Source: Candidatus Nanopelagicales bacterium (GTDB taxonomy: Bacteria > Actinomycetota > Actinomycetes > S36-B12 > CAIYMF01). From it: DNA of 64,000 nucleotides. The notes beneath the pieces are model-generated. The model was not told where the DNA came from. It did no database searches and saw only the letters and a program-made list of their open reading frames with translations. The DNA lies in the NCBI GenBank assembly GCA_038316965.1, contig JBBQAY010000003.1:25335-89334 (forward strand), written 5' to 3'. Shown here piece after piece: positions 18,469 to 28,269 of the stretch; the first letter of the stretch is position 1; each line of letters opens with the position of its first letter. The translations under genes and the position numbers were made by a program.

Positions 18469-20655
18469 GTGACCGCGGCGGGGACGTACGCGAGGCCGCA
18501 CCTGGCAGACGCGGCGCCGGAGCCGCGTCGGTCGATCCAGGTGCCGAGCCTGGTCGTCATCGCGGCCGCAGTGCTCCTCGCCGTCAATGTGGTGGTGATG
18601 TTCGCCGGCGGGTGGCTGATCGGCGTCTCGATCGACGAGCCGGTCCACGTGCAGCGGCTCCAGACCTGGTTCGCCACCGGCTTCTACCTCCCGCCGTCGC
18701 AGATGGACGGCGCGGTGTCCGCCGGCATCCGCGGCGAGTACGTGTACGGCCCCGTCGCCGCGCTCATCTCGCACGCGGTCACGGTGGTCCTCGGCGCGGA
18801 GACGTGGGGCAACCCGTCGATGATGGCCGAGGCCTACGCGGCGCGGCACGTGGCGATCGGGCTCTTCGCAGCCGTGGGGCTCGCGGCCACAGCCGCGATC
18901 GTGCGCCTGCTGCTCGGATCCTGGCGTTGGGCGCTGGTCGCCGCTGCGGTGCTGTCGGCGATCCCGGCCTGGCCCGGGCACGCGATGTTCAACATCAAGG
19001 ACATCCCGGTCGCCACGGGCTACACCATCGTGACCCTCGGCGTCGTCGCGCTCTCTCGACCGGGTGCGCTCGGGCCGACCCGCCTGCGGTTGTTCGGGGT
19101 CCTCTCGCTCGCCCTGGGTTCTCTGGTCGCGATCGGCACGCGCCCGGGCATGACGGCACCGGTCGTGGCGAGCGTGGTGGGAATGCTCGCGCTCACGTGG
19201 TGGGGTGACGGACGCGCGGCCGAGGCCGGGCGCCGTGGCCGTAATCTCTTGCAGCGACTGGCGGGAGCGGTGGTCGCCGGAGTCGTTGCCTACCTCGGTC
19301 TGCTGCTCGCCTACCCGAAGGTCTTCGCGTACCCCCGACGCGTGATCGAGGCCGTCGCAGACTCCTCGGACTACCCGTGGGACGGCGACGTCCTCACCAA
19401 CGGCACGTTCATCACCATGCCGCCGCCGAAGTCCTACCTGCCGCTGTGGTTCGGGGCCCAGACGCCCTTGATCGTGATGGCGTTGGCGATCACGGGCCTC
19501 GCCGCTGCCACCGTGCTCGCTGTGCGCCTCCTTCGTCCGAAGGCGATGGTCGACGTCGCCCTCGCCGTCGGTGTGATCCTGGTGTCCCTGCAGGCGCTGC
19601 TCGTGCCGCTGCTCGCGGTCGCCCGCAGCGCCGTGCTGTACGACGCGACTCGGCAGGTGCTGTTCGTCCTCCCGGCCATGGCAGTGCTGGCGACCGTGGG
19701 CGCATGGGTCGTAGCAGCGCGCGTGCGGCGTACCAGTCGCGACCTCCTCGTCGTCGGCACCTGGGCGACCCTTGTCGTCGGCCTCCTCGTGCCCACGGTG
19801 ACTGCCCTCGGCCTCTTTCCCTACTCGTTCACCTGGTTCAACGCCGTCACCGCGACCAAGCCGATCGACGGCCGCTGGATGACGGAGTACTGGCGCCCGA
19901 GCTTCCGCGAGCTGATCCCGCTCGTGCCCGCGGAGGGGCCAGACACCTGCTACCCGTTCCCCGCCGAGACCGGGTTGAGGACCTGTTCGAACCAGCTGCA
20001 GCTCACGCCGTACTGGGACGACACACGCGGCACGAAGGCGGCGCCGGTGCGGTCGCTCGAGCTCGGTGAGTACTACCTGATGACGTTCAACCGCGGCGAG
20101 TACCGCGCGCCGGAGGGCTGCACCGAGGTCGGCGCCGTACGTCGGCCGCTGTTCTTCCAGCAGGTCACGATGTCGTTCGTCGCACGCTGCCAGGCGCCCT
20201 TCACGCCGTACCCCGACACGGGAATCGTCCGCACGGTGCGCGGCCAGGACCCCAGCTATCTCATGTGGGGCTGGTACCGGCGCGAGAAGAGCTGGGTCTG
20301 GTCGAAGATCCCCGACGCCGCGGTCGGCTTCGTGCTGCCGGAGCGGCTGCGAGCCAAGCCGGTGGTCCTCACGCTCGACATCGGGGCGTACGCCCCGCCC
20401 GGTGAGAATCGCACGTTCACGATCGCTGTCAACGGCACGCTGATGAGCACGAAGACGAACGACACCTCGCAGCCCAGCAAGGTGAGTCTGACGGTGCCCG
20501 CGGACCTCGCGTGGTCCGCCGACGGGAGGTTCTTGGTGGAGATGTCCGTGCCATCGGTGTTCTCGCCGAGGTCGGTCGGCGACGGCGATGACGTACGCAC
20601 GATCGGCGTCATCCTCCGCTCGGTCGCCGTCAACGGTCAGGAGGATGCGTCGTGA
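18469..20655 (+). CDS. GT-C-fold membrane glycosyltransferase, paralog 2
   Basis: Same motifs: IDEPVH, YVYGP, HAMFNIKD, YDATRQ. Confidence 0.7.
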   Translation: MTAAGTYARPHLADAAPEPRRSIQVPSLVVIAAAVLLAVNVVVMFAGGWLIGVSIDEPVHVQRLQTWFATGFYLPPSQMDGAVSAGIRGEYVYGPVAALISHAVTVVLGAETWGNPSMMAEAYAARHVAIGLFAAVGLAATAAIVRLLLGSWRWALVAAAVLSAIPAWPGHAMFNIKDIPVATGYTIVTLGVVALSRPGALGPTRLRLFGVLSLALGSLVAIGTRPGMTAPVVASVVGMLALTWWGDGRAAEAGRRGRNLLQRLAGAVVAGVVAYLGLLLAYPKVFAYPRRVIEAVADSSDYPWDGDVLTNGTFITMPPPKSYLPLWFGAQTPLIVMALAITGLAAATVLAVRLLRPKAMVDVALAVGVILVSLQALLVPLLAVARSAVLYDATRQVLFVLPAMAVLATVGAWVVAARVRRTSRDLLVVGTWATLVVGLLVPTVTALGLFPYSFTWFNAVTATKPIDGRWMTEYWRPSFRELIPLVPAEGPDTCYPFPAETGLRTCSNQLQLTPYWDDTRGTKAAPVRSLELGEYYLMTFNRGEYRAPEGCTEVGAVRRPLFFQQVTMSFVARCQAPFTPYPDTGIVRTVRGQDPSYLMWGWYRREKSWVWSKIPDAAVGFVLPERLRAKPVVLTLDIGAYAPPGENRTFTIAVNGTLMSTKTNDTSQPSKVSLTVPADLAWSADGRFLVEMSVPSVFSPRSVGDGDDVRTIGVILRSVAVNGQEDAS

Positions 20656-21356
20656 AGGGCCTCTACGTGCGTGGTGCGCGCGGCGTGAAGTCCGGCCTCG
20701 ACAAGGTCGGGCTCCTCGACCCGCTCGACAGCTGGGCCGGCCGCTCGCGCGCGGGTGAGTGGACCCGCTCTCTGCTCGCGGTCTACGACCTGCACGACCT
20801 CATCGCCCTCGACGTCCCGTGGTGGACCTACGACTCCGCAGGCAAGGTCGCACGCTTCCTGGCCGCACGCGACGACGCGCGCGTGCTCGAGTGGGGCTCG
20901 GGGGCGTCGTCGGTGTGGCTCGCGAAGCGCGCCGGCAGCGTGACGTCGATCGAGCACGACCTCGAGTGGGCAGAGGAGATCGCGCCCGTGCTGCCGGCCA
21001 ACGCGCAGGTCGTGCCCGTCGCTCCGACGCTCGCATCCCAGAGCGACGACCCGATCCGCTCGCGCAAGAAGGGATTCGAGGGTCTGGACTTCCGCGACTA
21101 CGTCGAAGCCGCCGACCGCCAGCACGGGGAGTTCGACCTCGTCGTCGTGGACGGCCGGGCGCGCGAAGCCTGCCTCGGGCGCGCCATCGAGCGGGTCGCG
21201 CCGGACGGTCTCATCGTGTTCGACAACGTCGAGCGCTCCCGCTACCGCGAGGCGATCGACAAGCTCGGCTCGCGGGTGACGGTCGACTGGACGAGCGGCC
21301 TCACCCCGTCCTTGCCCTACCCGACGCGTACCGCCCTGCTGAGGCCGCAGGCGTGA
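20652..21356 (+). CDS. Class I SAM-dependent methyltransferase
   Basis: VLEWGSGASS, SIEHD, VVVDGRAR, FDN. Confidence 0.8.
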   Translation: MKGLYVRGARGVKSGLDKVGLLDPLDSWAGRSRAGEWTRSLLAVYDLHDLIALDVPWWTYDSAGKVARFLAARDDARVLEWGSGASSVWLAKRAGSVTSIEHDLEWAEEIAPVLPANAQVVPVAPTLASQSDDPIRSRKKGFEGLDFRDYVEAADRQHGEFDLVVVDGRAREACLGRAIERVAPDGLIVFDNVERSRYREAIDKLGSRVTVDWTSGLTPSLPYPTRTALLRPQA

Positions 21357-22318
21357 GCGATTCCGACTCCGAGCCGTCGGATTCGTCCGAGCCGTCCGGC
21401 TGGTCCGACGGGTCGCTCCGTGGTTCGTCGGCGCGCGGTCGCTGGCTCGTCGTCGCGCGCGTGGCCTTCCTCGCCGCGGCGCTGGGCTTCGGCTGGTTGT
21501 GGCTCCGTGACGACTGGCCCTCCGTCGTCGCGGCCATGGGAACGGTCGGTCCCGGAGCCTGGCTGCTCGCGATCGTGGCCGTCCTCGCGGGTCTCGTGTC
21601 GACCGGCTTCGTGTGGGCGCGGTGCCTGCGCCGATTCGGGCACGAGGTGCCGCTGCTGCCAGCGCTGTCGGTGTTCTTCGTGGGGCAGCTCGGCAAGTAC
21701 ATCCCCGGCTCGGTGTGGTCGCTCGGCGCGCAGGCGCAGATGGCCGTGCGGTACGGCGTACCCGCGCGGACGACCGTGGTGGCGGGCCTGGTCTTCCTCG
21801 GCTGGAACGTCGTGACAGCGGGCTTCGTGGCATGCGTCGGCGTGCTGGCCGGCTTGATCGGCGGCAGCGTCCCGACGTGGCTCGCCGTGCTGGGGCTGCT
21901 GGCCTCGGTGGTTGCGATGACGCCGCCGATCGTCAACGCGGCCGGCACCTGGGCGGCCGGCGACGGGCGTCGGCTGGCGCTGACGTGGGTCGACTGCGCG
22001 TCGGTCGTGGTGATGCTGCTCGTCACGTGGACGTGCTACGGCCTCGCCCTCGTCGCGGTGTCCCCCGCCCCGATCGACTCTGCATACGGCGCGGCCGCCG
22101 CGATGGTCGCGTTCACCGCGGCGTACGCGGTCGGCGTGGTGGTGATCCTCGCGCCGGCCGGGCTCGGAGCGCGCGAGGCGGTGCTGACCCTGCTGCTCAC
22201 GCCGTACCTCGGCGTCGCGGGCGCGGCAGCGGCAGCCCTGCTGACGAGGGTCGTCCACACCGTTGCCGACTTCGCCATCGCGGGCGCCGCTTGGCTTCTC
22301 GGCCGCAGCAGGAGCTGA
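21353..22318 (+). CDS. LPG-synthase-TM/UPF0104 flippase-like membrane protein
   Basis: GQLGKYIPGSVW, PAGLGARE; about 8 TMs; GTGA overlap. Confidence 0.8.
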   Translation: MSDSDSEPSDSSEPSGWSDGSLRGSSARGRWLVVARVAFLAAALGFGWLWLRDDWPSVVAAMGTVGPGAWLLAIVAVLAGLVSTGFVWARCLRRFGHEVPLLPALSVFFVGQLGKYIPGSVWSLGAQAQMAVRYGVPARTTVVAGLVFLGWNVVTAGFVACVGVLAGLIGGSVPTWLAVLGLLASVVAMTPPIVNAAGTWAAGDGRRLALTWVDCASVVVMLLVTWTCYGLALVAVSPAPIDSAYGAAAAMVAFTAAYAVGVVVILAPAGLGAREAVLTLLLTPYLGVAGAAAAALLTRVVHTVADFAIAGAAWLLGRSRS

Positions 22319-22537
22319 CCGCAGAAGGACGAGCGACCTCAGGGTCGGGTCGTCCGCGAACCTGCCGCCGTGTCGGGTGGGTGACCGGAAAGCCCGCCTC
22401 CTGAGGGGAGCGCACTGGTACCGCGCCATGGCGGGACGGCCGTTCGGCGTCATGCGCAGCGGCGGTGCGACACTGCTCGCGCGGGCAGACAGCACCCGCA
22501 GGCACAGGGCTGTGCTGGAGCGCCGAGGAGGGAAGAC

Positions 22538-24715
22538 GTGGCTGCGACGGAGACCGTGGTGGGACCTCGCCACAACGAGGCGATCGCTTCGCGGCGTCCG
22601 CGTGCTGAGGTGCCCAGCCTGATCGTGCTCGGGGCGGCACTGGTCCTGGTCGTGAACATCGTGGTCATGTTCCTCGGTGCGTGGCGCATCGGCATCTCCT
22701 GGGACGAGCCGATCCACGTCCAGCGACTCCAGTCCTGGTTCGACACCGAGTGGTATCTGCCGCCGTGGCAGATGTTCGGGAACCAGCCTGCTCCGGGAGT
22801 CGAGGGCCTGTACGTCTACGGCCCGGTGGCGGCTCTGGTAGCGCACGTCATGGCTGTGCTGCTCGGGACTGAGGGCCTCGACGAAAGCAGCCTGGCTGCG
22901 GAGGCATACGCGGCGCGGCACATGGCCGTTGCGCTGTTCGCCGTCGTCGGCCTTGGAGCCGTGGCCACGACCGCCCGGTTGCTCCTGCGCAGCTGGCGGT
23001 GGGGGCTCGTCGCCGCAGCCATGCTGTCGGCCATCCCCGCGTGGACTGGGCACGCGATGTTCAACATCAAGGACACCCCGGTCGCGGCCGGGTACGCGCT
23101 GGTGACCCTCGGCGTCGTGGCGCTGGCTCGCCCGGGCTCGGTAGGACGCGGGAGGCTGCGCTCGCTCGGCGTTGCCAGCCTCGCCCTCGGCACGATCGTC
23201 GCCGTCGGCACACGGCCGGGCATGTGGGTCCCGGTCCTCTTCAGCGTCGCGGGGATGTTGATCCTCACGTTCTGGGGCGAGTCCCGCGGGCGCAAGTCGG
23301 GGATGCGCGGTCCGAACCTCGTGTCTCGGGCAACGTCCGTCGGGACGGCGCTCGCGATCGGCTACGTCGTCCTCTTGGCCGTGTACCCCCAGCTGTTCGC
23401 GCATCCGGCGCGCCTGATGGACGCGGTCGCTGACTCGTCCGAATACCCGTGGAACGGGCTGGTACTGACCAACGGCAGCTTCGTGGCCATGCCGCCGCCG
23501 CCGTCGTACCTGCCGCTCTGGTTCGGGGCGCAGACGCCAGTCGTCATCCTTATCCTCGCGGTGACGGGCCTCATCGCGTCGGTGGTGCTCGGTGTCCGGC
23601 TTCTCCTTCCGCGATACGAGGTCGACCTCCCCCTCGCCGTCGGTTCCGCGCTGGTGACCCTGCAAGCGATGCTCATGCCGGTCGCGGGCGTGGTGACGAA
23701 GGCGGTCCTGTACGACGGCACCCGCCAGGTCCTGTTCGTGCTCCCCGCGCTGGCGGTTCTCGCCGCCGTCGGCGCGAGGCTCCTGGTCCGCCGTTCCCGG
23801 CAGACCGGTGGGAGTGTGCTGCCCGCCGGTGTGTGGACCGTCGTCGTCGTGGGCCTCGTCGTCCCGACCGTCTCGGCACTTGCTCTGTTCCCCTACTCCT
23901 TCACGTGGTTCAACGGGGTCACGGCCATCCGCCCTATCGACGGCCGATGGATGACCGAGTACTGGCGTACCAGTGCTCGTGAGCTCATCCCGGCGCTACC
24001 GTCGGAGGGACCTGAGAGCTGCGGACTCTGGGGTGTCGGGCAGGGCCTCAATACCTGCTCGACGCAGCCACAGTTCAAGCCCTACTGGGACACCCGTGGG
24101 AGTGCGGCCTCAGGCCAGTCGGTGCTCGGCCCGGGCGAGTACTACTACCTCGCGTTCAACCGTGGCGAGTACAAGGCCGCGGACGGGTGCACCGAGGTGG
24201 GCGCGGTACGTCGCCCGTTGTTCGGTCAGTCGGTGACCATGTCGCTGGTGTCGCGATGCGCCGTCCCGTTGGCGCCCTACCCGGCCGGGGGGATCAGAAC
24301 CAACTCCGGTTCGGGTGACGATTTCCTCCTCTGGGGCTGGTATCCGTCGCAGGCGCTGGGTGTCTGGTCCCGGTCGAGCGACGCCCAGGTGGGGTTCGTG
24401 CTGCCTGAGTCGCTGCGTGACCGCGATGTCCGACTGAGCGTCGTGGCGGTCCCGTACGTGCCTGCTGGCGGCTCACAGACGGTCACGTTCACGGTGAATG
24501 GCGTGGAGATGCGCCGGAGCACATACAGCCAGAAGCAGAACGCGGGGACGGTCGAGATCGTGGTGCCCGGCCCGATCGCCTGGTCGGGTGATGGCAGGTT
24601 CGCGGTGACCGTGTCGGCGTCGATCATCGTCTCGCCCGTGTCTGTCGGCGACGGTGACGACGGCCGACCACTAGGTGTCGCTGTCGGCAGCGTGACGGTG
24701 GAGGGGGTCTCGTGA
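22538..24715 (+). CDS. GT-C-fold membrane glycosyltransferase, paralog 3
   Basis: WDEPIH, YVYGP, HAMFNIKD, YDGTRQ; GGAGGG RBS. Confidence 0.7.
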   Translation: MAATETVVGPRHNEAIASRRPRAEVPSLIVLGAALVLVVNIVVMFLGAWRIGISWDEPIHVQRLQSWFDTEWYLPPWQMFGNQPAPGVEGLYVYGPVAALVAHVMAVLLGTEGLDESSLAAEAYAARHMAVALFAVVGLGAVATTARLLLRSWRWGLVAAAMLSAIPAWTGHAMFNIKDTPVAAGYALVTLGVVALARPGSVGRGRLRSLGVASLALGTIVAVGTRPGMWVPVLFSVAGMLILTFWGESRGRKSGMRGPNLVSRATSVGTALAIGYVVLLAVYPQLFAHPARLMDAVADSSEYPWNGLVLTNGSFVAMPPPPSYLPLWFGAQTPVVILILAVTGLIASVVLGVRLLLPRYEVDLPLAVGSALVTLQAMLMPVAGVVTKAVLYDGTRQVLFVLPALAVLAAVGARLLVRRSRQTGGSVLPAGVWTVVVVGLVVPTVSALALFPYSFTWFNGVTAIRPIDGRWMTEYWRTSARELIPALPSEGPESCGLWGVGQGLNTCSTQPQFKPYWDTRGSAASGQSVLGPGEYYYLAFNRGEYKAADGCTEVGAVRRPLFGQSVTMSLVSRCAVPLAPYPAGGIRTNSGSGDDFLLWGWYPSQALGVWSRSSDAQVGFVLPESLRDRDVRLSVVAVPYVPAGGSQTVTFTVNGVEMRRSTYSQKQNAGTVEIVVPGPIAWSGDGRFAVTVSASIIVSPVSVGDGDDGRPLGVAVGSVTVEGVS

Positions 24716-24865
24716 AGGACCCCGACACCGGGGGAGGGCGCGTGTCGGTGTGAGGTGCTGGTCGGTCTCCGGCGGGGCACCCCGTTTCGGTACGGCGCGC
24801 GGTGCGGCCACGGTCGCAGCTCTGCTGTCGAGCCCGCGTTGGGGGGCCGCGCTCGACCGGCTCTC

Positions 24866-25142
24866 CGCTGCCTGGGAAGCGGAGCTGGCGACCGCCCCCG
24901 AGGGCAGAGGCGAACGCGGGCACATCTACGTCGTCGAACCGACCGGCCCGTTCGAGGACGACCCGAACGTCACGAACAAGCGGTTCCCGGGCAGCATCAC
25001 GCAGTCGTACCGGACCCGCGAGCCGCTGCGTGTCGTAGGCGAGGTGGAGGCCTGGGAGGGCCACGCGCCCGAGGTTCTGGCTGGAATGCTCGAGAGCGTC
25101 GCACGCCTCCGCGAGCAGGGCCTCGACGTCATCGAGTACTAG
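24866..25142 (+). pseudogene. arr: 5'-truncated rifampin ADP-ribosyltransferase
   Basis: AAWEAELA...IYVVEPTGPFEDDPNVTNKRFPG..T.SYRTREPLRVVGEV..WEGH matches the Arr C-terminal half; no N-terminal HGT motif seen. Confidence 0.75.
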
Positions 25143-25217
25143 CGCCACCTGCGCCGGCGCCGCAGGGAACACTCTGCGTGCAGAGTGGCGTTGCGCTCAC
25201 GACGTGAGGAGTCGGTG

Positions 25218-26108
25218 ATGGAAGCGGTCGAGGTGCTCGACGGGCGCGAGGCACAGGTCGGGATGTTCACTGTGCGACGGGTCCTGCCCACCCGCGCACT
25301 GCGCACGGTGGGCGCCTGGTGCTTCGCCGACCACATGGGCCCGGCCGAGGTGACGGAGACGTCCGGGCTCGACGTCGGCCCGCACCCGCACACGGGCCTG
25401 CAGACGGTCACGTGGCTCATGCAGGGCGAGGCGCTGCACAAGGACTCCCTCGGCTCCGAGCAGCTGATCCGACCTGGGCAGCTCAACCTCATGACCGCCG
25501 GCCGCGGTGTCGTGCACGCGGAGGAGGCGACGGGCACGTATCGCGGCGGCCTGCACGGAGTGCAGCTGTGGGTCGCGCAGCCCGACGCGCAGCGTCACGG
25601 CGATCCGGGGTTCGCACATCACCCCGAGCTTCCCGTCGTCGAGCACGAGAGCGCGGTGGCGACAGTGCTGGCCGGAACGTTCCTCGGCACGACCTCGCCG
25701 GCCGCGTTCGTGACCGACCTGCTCGGTCTCGACGTCGTCGTGCGCCCCGGTTCGGTCGTCCTGCCGCTGCGGCCCGAGTTCGAGCATGCCGTCGTCGCGC
25801 TCGAGGGCGAGGTGATGGTCGACGGCGCGATCGCGCGCCCAGGTCAGATCGCGTCCCTCGGCGTCGGCCGGTCGGAGGTCAGGGTGGAGTCTCGCCCTGC
25901 CGCACGTGTCCTGGTGCTCGGTGGTGTGCCGTTCCCCGAGCGGCTCTACATGTGGTGGAACTTCGTGGCGCGCAGCGCGGACGAGGTGTCGGGCTTCTAC
26001 GCCGATTGGCGAGATCGCGGCGAGCGCTTCGGCGACGTCGCGTCCGAGCTCGCCCGTATCCCCTCGCCGACGCCGCCCTGGGAGCCGATCCGGGTGAAGC
26101 CGTCCTGA
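25218..26108 (+). CDS. Pirin family protein
   Basis: HPHTGLQTVTW, MTAGRGVVHAE, QLW, WWNFV. Confidence 0.92.
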   Translation: MEAVEVLDGREAQVGMFTVRRVLPTRALRTVGAWCFADHMGPAEVTETSGLDVGPHPHTGLQTVTWLMQGEALHKDSLGSEQLIRPGQLNLMTAGRGVVHAEEATGTYRGGLHGVQLWVAQPDAQRHGDPGFAHHPELPVVEHESAVATVLAGTFLGTTSPAAFVTDLLGLDVVVRPGSVVLPLRPEFEHAVVALEGEVMVDGAIARPGQIASLGVGRSEVRVESRPAARVLVLGGVPFPERLYMWWNFVARSADEVSGFYADWRDRGERFGDVASELARIPSPTPPWEPIRVKPS

Positions 26109-26123
26109 GGTCGGGCAGAACCG

Positions 26124-27620
26124 CTAGGTCGACGGGAACCTGAAGCCGCGCGCAACCACGCGCTCGAATGCGTCGATCACGTCAGGGTCGAACAGCCGGC
26201 CGCGTCCCTCACTGAGCACGCTCCTGGCGCGCTGGGCTCCCGGCGCCGTGCGGTATGGGCGGTCGTTGGCCATCGCCTCGTAGGTGTCGGCGACGGCGAT
26301 GATGCGCGACTCCACCAGGATCTGGTCACCGACCAGGCCGAGCGGGTAGCCGCTGCCGTCCATGCGCTCGTGGTGCTGGTGGATCATCTCGGCGATCGGC
26401 CACGGCCACGGGAAGCGGTTGGCGATCGTCCAGCCTGTGGCCGGGTGGGCCTTGAGCTCGTGCCACTCGGCGTCGGTCAGCTCGCCGGCCTTCCCGAGGG
26501 TGCTGTGGGAGACGGAGATCTTGCCGAGGTCATGGATGGAGGCGCCGAGGACCAGGCCCTGGATGCGGTCCTCGTCCAGGCCCAGCTCGCGCCCGATCGC
26601 CTCGGCGAGCACGCCGACGTGCGACTGGTGGCCGGCGGTGTAGGGGTCGCGCGACTCCACTGCTGCGGCGAGCACGAACACGCTGCTCTTGAGGGCCTCG
26701 GTGAGCCGCTCTGCGTCGCGCAGCCGCTCGATGCCGTAGCCGACGTCCGCCGCGAGGTCCTCGAGCAGGATGCGCGAGACGTCGTCGAACGCGCGGTCCT
26801 CCAGCGCGTAGACCATCAGCGCGCCGTCGGTCAGTCCGTCCACGATCACAGGGAGCGAGATGGACGACCGGAACCCGTGGCGGTGGGCGACGTCGCGCCA
26901 CGGCTGGTAGTCGGCGTCCTCGAACGACTGCTTCACCTGCGTCGTCCGCGTGCGGATCGCGGTACCCGTCGGACCGAGCCCTGTCGGGTTGTCGTCCCAC
27001 GTGATGGTGACCTCGTCGACGTAGTCCGACATCGCACCCGCGCTGGCGATCGGCTGCACGGTCCGGCGGTCGTCGGTCAGCGCCCTGCCGTACCAGGCGA
27101 TGGCGTAACGACCTGCCTCGACCACGGTTCGGCACATCTCCTCGAGCAGCTCCTGCTCGTCGCGTGCCCGGACGAGCACGCCGTTGCCCCGCGAGAGCGT
27201 GGCCAGCGCGCGTATGGTCGCCGTCGCCTCGTGCGAGTCGCGGATCACGGCAAAGGCCCCGACCACCACCCCGTGCGTGTCGTGGAAGGGCCGGGCTCGG
27301 ATCGTGACGTCGCGGTAGGACCCGTCGGCGCACCGGACCCGTGCTGCGAAGGCGTCGATGCTCTCGTTCGTGCCGTACAGCCGGGATCGTTCAGCCGCCA
27401 CACGGGCCAGGTCGGCCTGATGGGTGATGCTGAGGATGGTCGTGCCCACGAGCTCGGCGGGCTGCCAGCCGAGCAGCTCGGTGACCTGGGGGGCGACCCA
27501 CTCGATGACGCCGTCCCCCGTCGTCTGGTAGATGACGTCGCCCTGGTCGGCGATGGCCAGAAGGTCGTCCAGCACGCTGGTGCGCCGTGGGATGTGCGAC
27601 GCCGCAGGTCGGGCACCCAT
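26124..27620 (-). CDS. PAS-GAF-HD-GYP cyclic-dinucleotide phosphodiesterase
   Basis: DPYTAGH, HDLGK, HHERMDGSGYP, RPYR. Confidence 0.9.
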   Translation of the reverse strand: MGARPAASHIPRRTSVLDDLLAIADQGDVIYQTTGDGVIEWVAPQVTELLGWQPAELVGTTILSITHQADLARVAAERSRLYGTNESIDAFAARVRCADGSYRDVTIRARPFHDTHGVVVGAFAVIRDSHEATATIRALATLSRGNGVLVRARDEQELLEEMCRTVVEAGRYAIAWYGRALTDDRRTVQPIASAGAMSDYVDEVTITWDDNPTGLGPTGTAIRTRTTQVKQSFEDADYQPWRDVAHRHGFRSSISLPVIVDGLTDGALMVYALEDRAFDDVSRILLEDLAADVGYGIERLRDAERLTEALKSSVFVLAAAVESRDPYTAGHQSHVGVLAEAIGRELGLDEDRIQGLVLGASIHDLGKISVSHSTLGKAGELTDAEWHELKAHPATGWTIANRFPWPWPIAEMIHQHHERMDGSGYPLGLVGDQILVESRIIAVADTYEAMANDRPYRTAPGAQRARSVLSEGRGRLFDPDVIDAFERVVARGFRFPST

Positions 27621-27717
27621 CCGCTGCTCCCTCCCCCGAAGGATTCCATGATCGACTACAGAGGGGCCTGCTGGCGACTCTTCGGGTTCACAAGTTCACG
27701 CAGGGTGCTCGAGCAGG

Positions 27718-28209
27718 TCAGGCTCGGGGCGCGTGCTCGTCCTGGGCGTGGGCGCCGAGCACGGTGATCACCCGCTCCAGATAGTTCTCGACCGCGGCCC
27801 GCTCGCGGGCGGAGAGCTGGTCCTCGGCACTGACCAGGTCGACGATCAGGGGCACCACCTGCTCGAACACCGCCCGGGACCCCTGCTCGGTCGGCCGTAC
27901 GACACGGCGGCGACGGTCCTCCGGGTCGGACTCGCGGGCCACGTGGCCGGCCTCCTCGAGCCGGTCGACGAGCACCGTGGCCGAGGCCGAGGTCATGTGC
28001 AGGCGGCGGGAGAGCTCGACCGGGCCCATGGGCTCGTCCATGAGGTGCTCCATGGCGTCGACCTCGCTCGGGTTGAGGCCGAGGCGGCGCGCCATCGCGA
28101 GGCGGGTCTCACCGGTCAGGTGCAGCACCTCGTAGAGGAGCGTGGCCACCCGGCTCGTGGGCCAGGCGGCCTCGGGGTGCGGTGTGGCCGCCATCGGTGT
28201 ACGCTCCAT
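27718..28209 (-). CDS. MarR family regulator
   Basis: LVDRLEEAGHV.R..DPEDRRR winged helix. Confidence 0.9.
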   Translation of the reverse strand: MERTPMAATPHPEAAWPTSRVATLLYEVLHLTGETRLAMARRLGLNPSEVDAMEHLMDEPMGPVELSRRLHMTSASATVLVDRLEEAGHVARESDPEDRRRRVVRPTEQGSRAVFEQVVPLIVDLVSAEDQLSARERAAVENYLERVITVLGAHAQDEHAPRA

Positions 28210-28233
28210 TATCGCTAGACAGTCTAGTGATAA
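28209..28233. promoter_or_regulatory. Candidate MarR operator
   Basis: TTATCGCTAGAC-A-GTCTAGTGATAA (1 mismatch) between divergent marR and mmpL. Confidence 0.7.
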
Positions 28234-28269
28234 GCCTGTCACGTCATGTGATGTTCTCGGGAGATACTA

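Noticed and set aside
21353-21420. SDSDSEPSDSSEPSGWSD low-complexity N-terminus as a functional repeat
   Set aside because: Short and degenerate; likely a local duplication in a disordered leader
22319-22537. Riboswitch before the third GT-C (GCACAGGGC resembles the c-di-GMP-I start)
   Set aside because: The following AAACC...GAAA...GACGCAAAG core is absent; only generic GC-rich hairpins are present
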